In this document: positions 15,331 to 21,441 of the stretch, one piece after another
How the letters are laid out: each line of letters starts with the position of its first letter
Position numbering within the stretch: position 1 is the stretch's first letter
Source of the DNA: a virus
Taxonomy: Duplodnaviria > Heunggongvirae > Uroviricota > Caudoviricetes
Reading direction: 5' to 3' (one strand)
Length of the DNA stretch: 21,441 bases
IMG/VR virus record: IMGVR_UViG_2695420728_000017
Program-made: the position numbers and the translations under genes
Notes under the pieces: generated by a model
Databases searched by the model: none
What the model was told of the DNA's origin: nothing
Seen by the model: only the letters and a program-made list of their open reading frames with translations

Positions 15331-16155
15331 ATGTCTCAGAACTTAGACGCAACCGCAATTAATCAAATCCATGCCCTTATTTCTGCTCAGGGTGTTAATG
15401 AAATTATCAGTAAGATTGGTGCCGATGCTGTGGCATTGCCTGAGAATTTCCGCATTCATGATCTGGAAAAATTTAATTTAAATCGCTTCCGTTTCCGTGG
15501 TGCGCTTTCCACTGCCAGCATCGATGACTTTACCCGTTATTCTAAAGATCTTGCAGATGAAGGCACCCGCTGCTTTATCGATGCCGATAATATGCGTGCC
15601 GTCAGTGTGCTTAACCTGGGTACTATTGATGAACCAGGTCACGCAGATAACACTGCCACTCTCAAACTGAAAAAGACAGCACCGTTCTCTGCTCTGTTGT
15701 CTGTTAATGGCGAGCGTAACTCCCAGAAGTCACTGGCAGAATGGATCGAAGACTGGGCCGACTACCTTGTAGGCTTTGATGCTAATGGTGACACCATTCA
15801 GGCAACAAAAGCGGCTGCGGCAGTCCGTAAAATCACGATTGAAGCAAACCAGACCGCTGATTTTGAAGATAATGACTTCAGCGGCAAACGCTCCCTGATG
15901 GAGTCTGTCGAAGCGAAGACCAAAGACATTATGCCAGTGGCATTTGAATTTAAATGCGTTCCGTTTGAAGGCCTGAAAGAACGTCCGTTTAAATTACGCC
16001 TCAGCATTATCACTGGCGATCGTCCTGTACTGGTTCTGCGCATTATTCAGCTGGAAGCAGTCCAGGAAGAAATGGCTAACGAATTTCGTGATCTGCTTGT
16101 TGAGAAATTCAAGGACAGCAAAGTAGAAACCTTTATTGGTACTTTCACCGCCTGA
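15331..16155 (+). CDS. YfdQ-like protein (DUF2303-type, 274 aa)
   Basis: ATG at 15331 with GAGGA RBS; length and position match yfdQ. Function unknown. Confidence 0.55.
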   Translation: MSQNLDATAINQIHALISAQGVNEIISKIGADAVALPENFRIHDLEKFNLNRFRFRGALSTASIDDFTRYSKDLADEGTRCFIDADNMRAVSVLNLGTIDEPGHADNTATLKLKKTAPFSALLSVNGERNSQKSLAEWIEDWADYLVGFDANGDTIQATKAAAAVRKITIEANQTADFEDNDFSGKRSLMESVEAKTKDIMPVAFEFKCVPFEGLKERPFKLRLSIITGDRPVLVLRIIQLEAVQEEMANEFRDLLVEKFKDSKVETFIGTFTA

Positions 16156-16282
16156 TTTCATTACTGCAAATGCCCCTGCGGGGGCATTTATGGAAACGTA
16201 ATTGACTCAATAATCGCCGGATGGTGAGGGCTTCCTTTTACCCGAGCTCAGCGCAGTGCAGCGCATATACGTGGAGAACAAA

Positions 16283-16819
16283 ATGTCATTTATTAAAACT
16301 TTTTCCGGGAAGCATTTTTATTATGACAGGATAAATAAAGACAACATCGATATTAACGATATCGCAGTTTCCCTTTCAAATATCTGTCGCTTTGCAGGAC
16401 ATCTTTCACACTTCTACAGTGTCGCCCAGCATGCGGTGCTTTGCAGCCAGCTGGTGCCGCAAGAATTTGCTTTTGAAGCGTTAATGCATGATGCAACAGA
16501 AGCATATTGCCAGGACATCCCCGCGCCACTGAAACGACTTCTTCCTGACTATAAACGGATGGAAGAAAAAATAGACGCCGTAATCCGTGAGAAATACGGG
16601 TTACCTCCTGTTATGAGCACGCCAGTGAAATATGCCGATCTCATTATGCTGGCAACCGAACGCCGTGATCTCGGGCTTGATGATGGCTCTTTCTGGCCTG
16701 TTCTGGAAGGTATCCCGGCAACAGAGATGTTCAAAGTTATTCCACTGTCGCCAGGCCATGCCTACGGGATGTTTATGGAACGTTTTAACGAGTTATCGGA
16801 GTTACGCAAATGCGCATGA
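16283..16819 (+). CDS. HD-domain phosphohydrolase, YfdR-like (5'-deoxynucleotidase class)
   Basis: ATG at 16283 with GGAGAA RBS gives 178 aa (MSFIKTFSGKHFYYDR…); HD signature …HAVLCSQL…ALMHDATEAY…. Confidence 0.6.
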   Translation: MSFIKTFSGKHFYYDRINKDNIDINDIAVSLSNICRFAGHLSHFYSVAQHAVLCSQLVPQEFAFEALMHDATEAYCQDIPAPLKRLLPDYKRMEEKIDAVIREKYGLPPVMSTPVKYADLIMLATERRDLGLDDGSFWPVLEGIPATEMFKVIPLSPGHAYGMFMERFNELSELRKCA

Positions 16820-17172
16820 ATGTTTTCGAAATGGAAGGGTTTCTTCGCGGGAAATGTGTACCGCGAGATCTGAAAGTGAATGAAACAAATGCTGAGTACC
16901 TGGTACGTAAATTCGATGCGCTTGAAGCTAAATGTGCGGCACTGGAAAACAAAATAATACCAGTGTCAGCTGAACTGCCGCCAGCAAATGAAAGTGTTCT
17001 GTTATTTGATGCTAACGGAGAAGGCTGGCTAATTGGCTGGCGTTCTCTCTGGTACACCTGGGGACAAAAAGAAACCGGAGAATGGCAGTGGACATTTCAG
17101 GTCGGGGACCTTGAAAACGTCAATATCACTCACTGGGCAGTAATGCCGAAAGCACCGGAGAATAAGAAATGA
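16810..17172 (+). CDS. YfdS-like hypothetical protein (120 aa)
   Basis: Overlaps the yfdR-like 3' end by 10 nt; size matches yfdS. Confidence 0.45.
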   Translation: MRMNVFEMEGFLRGKCVPRDLKVNETNAEYLVRKFDALEAKCAALENKIIPVSAELPPANESVLLFDANGEGWLIGWRSLWYTWGQKETGEWQWTFQVGDLENVNITHWAVMPKAPENKK

Positions 17173-17372
17173 GCGTGATAAAAACTCATACGGGAATTGT
17201 TATCACCCGAGACGGTCCGCAGGTAAAAAAACTGCACCAGACAAAGCGGATGTGGGTCGTCGGAAAAAACGAGTTTTACCACAAAGAAAACGGACGCCGC
17301 CACTTTGCAGAAAATACTCGCCGCCGACTGCTGATCGATACCATCAAGCCTATCGAGGTGAAGCATATTTAA
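17169..17372 (+). CDS. hypothetical protein (67 aa; possibly the N-terminal part of a yfdT-like gene)
   Basis: ATGA overlap with the preceding gene. A second open frame (+1) continues from 17362 to TGA at 17602-17604 with its first ATG only at 17431. Confidence 0.35.
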   Translation: MSVIKTHTGIVITRDGPQVKKLHQTKRMWVVGKNEFYHKENGRRHFAENTRRRLLIDTIKPIEVKHI

Positions 17373-17739
17373 ACAGAACGAAAAATCTATCGCTCAAATT
17401 GCTGAGTATATCCCGCGTGCGTGCCGGGGTATGCAGTTGCAGGAAGCCAAAGCACGCCTGGAGAAAAAAATTGCGCTCTATATCGATGACGGCTGTGATA
17501 CTGCCGTTCTTAACGCGGCGTTCGCGCCAGCTCTTAACAGTCATACGCGAGAGTCTTTTTTTTCGTGCATCGCAGCGCAGATCCGCAAAGGAGGCAGCCA
17601 GTGAGTAGGTTCGTAAGGTTACAGATACGTATATCTGAATAATTAAATTCAGTTCTGTAAATAAAATTTAATCCTTAACCGGAGGGATTCCTGCACCCTC
17701 AGAACATCAGGAGACCGCCCGAAAGGGCGGTAATGAAAA

Positions 17740-18207
17740 ATGGCTGAATTAACCAAATGGCTACAAAACACGATTACCGGAATTGAAACGGTAGTAGACG
17801 ATAAATCGTTTGTATGTGATGAAATAGTATTCAAAATCGATGTGGTTAAAAACGTACTTACCGCATTTAAAGTCGCGCTGGCATCGCTGGAAGCCGAACC
17901 GGTGACATGGCGATATCGCTACGTGAGAAAAGGCGTTACGAACTTTCAGGAGAAGCCGTGGGTTGGTGACTGGAAATATGTACCGACAAAAGAGGATTGC
18001 AACGACAGGCCGAACTATGAAATTCAGGCGTTATTCACGGCCCAGCCTGTGCCACTGACACCCGAAGGATTGATTAAAGCGGTGCGCTTCTATGAACAGG
18101 TTAAGAGTGAAAATCCGCCAGTCGAAACCGGAGCATGGAAAGACGCTGTTGACTGGGTGCTCAAAGAGGCTTGTCAGGCTGTAAACATTGGCATCAAAGG
18201 AGAGTGA
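17740..18207 (+). CDS. ea-region hypothetical protein (155 aa)
   Basis: ORF-track ORF; its N-terminal ~45 aa (LTKWLQNTITGIE…VLTAFKVALASLEA) is paralogous to the N-terminus of the 18403-19302 product. Confidence 0.5.
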   Translation: MAELTKWLQNTITGIETVVDDKSFVCDEIVFKIDVVKNVLTAFKVALASLEAEPVTWRYRYVRKGVTNFQEKPWVGDWKYVPTKEDCNDRPNYEIQALFTAQPVPLTPEGLIKAVRFYEQVKSENPPVETGAWKDAVDWVLKEACQAVNIGIKGE

Positions 18208-18208
18208 G

Positions 18209-18400
18209 ATGAACGGACAAATATCAATTGTTCGACCGGGAGCATGTGACGATCGCGAGATACGAATGATTATTCGTCTGGCGATGGGGAAAACAATAAC
18301 AGCTCTCATTACTCCTGAAAATCTCGCATTAGCATTAACAGGAAAGTCAGACTTGCCAGTAGAGCTAAAGCTGCGAAATGTTGAGATTAAGGTGAAATAG
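18209..18400 (+). CDS. small hypothetical protein (63 aa)
   Basis: ATG at 18209 with AAGGAGAG RBS, 1 nt after the upstream stop (MNGQISIVRPGACDDREIRMII…). Confidence 0.4.
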   Translation: MNGQISIVRPGACDDREIRMIIRLAMGKTITALITPENLALALTGKSDLPVELKLRNVEIKVK

Positions 18401-18402
18401 TT

Positions 18403-19302
18403 ATGAATACTCTTACCAAAGAATGGTTACAGAACACGATTACCAGCATTGAGTCAGCACGGGATGAAATACCGTTCGGACTCGATGAAGATCAAAACAA
18501 CATGCTTACCGCATTAAAAATTGCACTGGCATCACTGGCAGCAGTATCGGATGAACGAGCAGCCTATGAATTATTTATGGAGAAGCGTTTCGGGGAATCT
18601 GTAGATCGCCGTAGGGCAAAAAATGGCGATAGAGAATACATGGCATGGGATATGGCGCTTGGCTGGATTATCTGGTGTCACCGCGCCTCCATGCTTCAGG
18701 GTAGCCAACCTGTAAGCCAAACTTACAACTTGCCAGAATTAATCGAAGGCATGGAAGTTTCCATTGATGTAAGCACTTGTGATGCTGATTTAGGTAATCG
18801 CTATTTCGGCACCGTCACCGAGGCGTTAGAACTTGATACTGCCAAGAATGGTTACATCCTCCTGGTTCAGGACGCAGAGCCAAACTTCGATATAAATGGC
18901 AACTCTCCGGTAATTCCGGATGGTTTATCCACGGTATGCGCTGAGGCTTATCAGGTTGTAGGAGTTATGGCAGATGCGCTTGGTGTATTCGGTGATGCAG
19001 CAGTACAGAAAGTTCTGGATAACCTGTCACAGCAAAAACTTGTTCACAGAGATGTGCTGCCGTTCTCGCTTCCGGTAACTCCGGATGGTTGGATAAGCTG
19101 TAGTGAGCGAATGCCGGAAAAGGGCCAGAACGTGCTCATTTCGGTGAATTTCGATAGCTCTCTGGTTGAACCGCTAATATGCTCCGCACGCTATACCGGA
19201 AGCACTTTTCGGCGCGGAGATGCAACGATTAAGCCGGGTAATGGTATTGAGCAAGCAACTCACTGGATGCCGCTACCGGAACCGCCGCAGGAGGTGAAGT
19301 GA
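18403..19302 (+). CDS. ea-region protein with C-terminal DUF551-like domain (299 aa)
   Basis: AAGGTGA RBS; C-terminus …DGWISCSERMPEKGQNVLISVNFD…THWMPLPEPP is typical of DUF551 phage proteins. Confidence 0.5.
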   Translation: MNTLTKEWLQNTITSIESARDEIPFGLDEDQNNMLTALKIALASLAAVSDERAAYELFMEKRFGESVDRRRAKNGDREYMAWDMALGWIIWCHRASMLQGSQPVSQTYNLPELIEGMEVSIDVSTCDADLGNRYFGTVTEALELDTAKNGYILLVQDAEPNFDINGNSPVIPDGLSTVCAEAYQVVGVMADALGVFGDAAVQKVLDNLSQQKLVHRDVLPFSLPVTPDGWISCSERMPEKGQNVLISVNFDSSLVEPLICSARYTGSTFRRGDATIKPGNGIEQATHWMPLPEPPQEVK

Positions 19303-19874
19303 TGAACAACTTAATGATCGACCTTGAGACGATGGGGAAAAATAAGGATGCACCGATCGTTTCCATTGGCGCGGTGTTCTTCACTCCAGAAACCGGAGAC
19401 ATCGGACAAGAATTTTATGCGGTTGTCAGCCTGGACAGTGCTATGGAGCAAGGGGCCACACCTGACGGCGATACCATCCTGTGGTGGTTGAAACAAAGCC
19501 CTGAAGCACGAGCTGCAATCTGTATTGATGATACTTTGTCGATCAGCGATGCACTCTCTGAACTGAGCCATTTCATTAATCGGCACGCAGACAATACGAA
19601 ATATTTAAAAGTTTGGGGTAACGGGGCCACCTTCGACAACGTAATTTTACGCGGAGCTTATGAACGAGCAGGACAAATCTGCCCATGGGCGTACTGGAAT
19701 GATCACGATGTACGCACGATCGTTACGCTTGGGCGTTCCATCGGATTCGACCCCAAAATGGACATGCCTTTCGATGGCGAACGGCACAACGCCCTGGCTG
19801 ATGCTCGTCATCAGGCAAAATATGTTTCAGCTATCTGGCAGAAATTAATTCCTGCCACCAGCACAGAATTATGA
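19299..19874 (+). CDS. DEDDh-type 3'-5' exonuclease (DnaQ-like fold)
   Basis: Exo I MIDLETMG, Exo II WGNGATFDNVIL, Exo III HNALADARH motifs; GGAGG RBS upstream of the tandem ATGs (19299/19302). Confidence 0.7.
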   Translation: MMNNLMIDLETMGKNKDAPIVSIGAVFFTPETGDIGQEFYAVVSLDSAMEQGATPDGDTILWWLKQSPEARAAICIDDTLSISDALSELSHFINRHADNTKYLKVWGNGATFDNVILRGAYERAGQICPWAYWNDHDVRTIVTLGRSIGFDPKMDMPFDGERHNALADARHQAKYVSAIWQKLIPATSTEL

Positions 19875-19910
19875 TTTTCCCGGGTGCAGCCGGTTTTGAT
19901 GGAGAAAATT

Positions 19911-20192
19911 ATGAACACCTTGTTTTTACTGATGGCTGAATTCAATACCCCAAATATTGAACTCTCAGCAGTTAGCCAAAAGTACTTTGGTATGAGTCCA
20001 GCCACGGCAGAAGCAAAAGCAAACGCTTGTAAGTTGCCCGTTCCAACATATCGCATCGGCACATCACAAAAAGCAAAACGTTGCATCAATATTCAAGATC
20101 TTGCGGAATACATAGACAAAAGGCGAGAAGAAGGACGTATCGAGTGGGAACAGGTCAGAACAGTCAAACAGAAGGGCAAAGAACATCACTAA
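19911..20192 (+). CDS. PrtN-family DNA-binding protein (pyocin-activator/excisionase-like)
   Basis: ATG at 19911 with GGAG 6 nt upstream (93 aa); …QKYFGMSPATAEAKANACKLPVPTYRIGTSQKAKRCINIQDLAEYIDKRREE matches the PrtN-family pattern. Confidence 0.5.
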   Translation: MNTLFLLMAEFNTPNIELSAVSQKYFGMSPATAEAKANACKLPVPTYRIGTSQKAKRCINIQDLAEYIDKRREEGRIEWEQVRTVKQKGKEHH

Positions 20193-20197
20193 AGAAA

Positions 20198-20226
20198 AAA
20201 CCCGCCTGAAGGCGGGTTTTCAAAAA
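20198..20226. terminator. bidirectional intrinsic terminator between convergent genes
   Basis: Stem AAACCCGCC/GGCGGGTTT with TGAA loop, flanked by an A-run on the left and T-run on the right, so a U-tract follows the hairpin on both strands. Confidence 0.6.
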
Positions 20227-20239
20227 GCACCAGCTATGA

Positions 20240-20413
20240 TCATGCTGCTTTGCGACGACGAAGCTTACCCTGCTGCTCTTTACCAGAGACAGTAGCGTGA
20301 GTGAACGCATTAGGAGCAGCCTTCATCAGAACTTCAACAGCAGCACCCATACCTGCGAATGCTTTCATTGTGTCGAACTTAACCTGTGGCTTGGTTGCTT
20401 TTTGATCTTCCAT
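20240..20413 (-). CDS. small hypothetical protein (57 aa, Lys/Ala-rich)
   Basis: ATG at 20411-20413 with GGAG 6 nt upstream; MEDQKATKPQVKFDTMKAFAGMGAAVEVLMKAAPNAFTHATVSGKEQQGKLRRRKAA; ends just before the bidirectional terminator. Not in ORF track (<60 aa). Confidence 0.35.
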   Translation of the reverse strand: MEDQKATKPQVKFDTMKAFAGMGAAVEVLMKAAPNAFTHATVSGKEQQGKLRRRKAA

Positions 20414-20452
20414 AGAAAACTCCAGAAGTTATACCGAAACAATTCCTGTTGT

Positions 20453-20872
20453 TTACTCATCATCAATAGATGATACGCAATATTTATTTTTAAATTTAAG
20501 GTTCTTTGGCGTAACTTCATCAGATATATCAAAACCGTCCAGAATTCTATTGAATGTAGCTTCTGGCATATCATCATGAACAGAAATCTCACCCGATTGC
20601 TGCTTTCTAACCATGTTATCCACTCGCCAAATTATAGCTTCAGCGTAAACAACATAACTTGGATGCTTGATAAAGCGATGATCACCTGAATTCAAGACGC
20701 AAGACGGATCGTGGGGAACCCCATCCTTGATACTAGAAATATTAACAACTAAAACACAATAACAATCGTTAACGGGGTAATAAACAGGATCATTACAAAT
20801 CACATGAAGATGATTGCATGGCCCAGTTGGGGCAAGCACAGTTCCTTTCCTGTATGGCTGATAATCCGTCAT
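20453..20872 (-). CDS. hypothetical Cys/His-rich protein (139 aa), candidate partner of the upstream Panacea-domain gene
   Basis: Its ATG overlaps the stop of the upstream gene by 4 nt (20869-20872). No family recognised; Cys/His cluster …GPCNHLHVICNDP…NDCYCVL…HDPSCVLNSGDHRFIKHP…. AT-rich. Confidence 0.5.
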   Translation of the reverse strand: MTDYQPYRKGTVLAPTGPCNHLHVICNDPVYYPVNDCYCVLVVNISSIKDGVPHDPSCVLNSGDHRFIKHPSYVVYAEAIIWRVDNMVRKQQSGEISVHDDMPEATFNRILDGFDISDEVTPKNLKFKNKYCVSSIDDE

Positions 20873-21441
20873 GATAATTGCAAAGAAAATTCCTTAAGTT
20901 TCTGAGATTCTTCCATTTTGCCAATTATGCGATTAGCCTCATCCTCGCTTTTACCCTCACTGATCAGCATTTCTTTCAGGTCTATAGGCTTACGAGAATT
21001 GCCAGGATTGTGCCACTCTGGACAAACGCTTTCTAAATGCGTCATGTTTGCGAGATCAAATCGGTTCATATGCCCATACAGAGAATAGATTTCATCTAAA
21101 ATCCGGATATCTGCACGGCTCAACTCATCAAAGACCTCGTCTGCATCCATTTCCCTCGGATCTGAACGCAACAACACATCATGCCCGTTCGTCTCTATCA
21201 AGTTGTACCAGTAGTCACCAATGCCTTCAGCCTTACCACGAATCAAGTTCAGCGTATTCGACATGACTGGACCAAATTTCATAGAGTAAAGGCTATCTTC
21301 GCCGATCATCCTGCCATGCTTCAAAATCGACTTGCGGTTAGACAGATAGAGCAGCTTCATCAATTTCAGATATGCCATGCGCCCACCTCGCTTAAGAAGT
21401 AGGTATGCAGCCATTTGAGCTACTTTTTCTTCGCAAAACAT
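20869..21441 (-). CDS. Panacea-domain (DUF4065/SocA/GepA-like) protein; may be 5'-partial at the window edge
   Basis: …YLKLMKLLYLSNRKSILKHGRMIGEDSLYSMKFGPVMSNTLNLIRG… and …MTHLESVCPEW… fit the Panacea pattern (KLxKLLY…W/F-x-YGPV…). The listed ATG is the last codon of the window, so the true start may lie beyond it. Confidence 0.5.
   Translation of the reverse strand: MFCEEKVAQMAAYLLLKRGGRMAYLKLMKLLYLSNRKSILKHGRMIGEDSLYSMKFGPVMSNTLNLIRGKAEGIGDYWYNLIETNGHDVLLRSDPREMDADEVFDELSRADIRILDEIYSLYGHMNRFDLANMTHLESVCPEWHNPGNSRKPIDLKEMLISEGKSEDEANRIIGKMEESQKLKEFSLQLS

Noticed and set aside
16167-16192. Hairpin AATGCCCC-TGCG-GGGGCATT after the yfdQ-like gene as a terminator
   Set aside because: The trailing U-tract is only TTTAT. 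It may be an attenuator or stability element, but it does not meet terminator criteria.
17252-17608. 118-aa highly basic plus-strand ORF
   Set aside because: Out of frame and overlapping the 67-aa ORF and the +1 frame that give protein-like translations. Composition is Arg/Lys/Ser-rich junk.
1-21441. Integrase, attachment sites and IS or transposon boundaries
   Set aside because: No tyrosine- or serine-recombinase-like ORF, no terminal inverted repeats and no transposase-like ORF were found. The prophage ends presumably lie outside the window.

Overview
This ~21.4 kb window reads as an integrated lambdoid prophage of an Enterobacteriaceae (E. coli-like) genome, with a Stx-phage-type backbone but no stx genes. 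All calls are from reading the sequence and the ORF track; no database search was run, and hand-derived coordinates (tRNAs, terminators, sub-60-aa ORFs, internal starts) may be off by 1-2 nt. Minus strand, read right to left: Cro-like -> YdaT/CII-like -> unassigned 201-codon frame + Rha -> O-like initiator with internal iterons -> small ORF -> Dam-type MTase -> RusA -> KilA-N -> DUF968 -> antiterminator Q -> AT-rich moron block (frameshifted gene with A9 tract, small wHTH, AraC regulator) -> ileZ-argN-argO-like tRNA trio -> TerB-family gene + small membrane ORF -> two tandem nanS-p esterase paralogs, the distal one lacking a start codon. Most of these ORFs overlap by ATGA/TAATG junctions, consistent with one translationally coupled operon. 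Plus strand: CI-like S24 repressor with operators, an ORF-free leader with terminator and long hairpin, a yfdP/Q/R/S-like cluster, ea-region proteins, a DEDDh exonuclease and a PrtN-like protein. The right end carries AT-rich minus-strand cargo: a Panacea-domain gene coupled to an unrecognised 139-aa gene plus a 57-aa ORF. That pair is my best candidate for an undescribed toxin-antitoxin or defence module, but it is an inference. No integrase, lysis or structural genes, CRISPR, IS elements or rRNA were seen.
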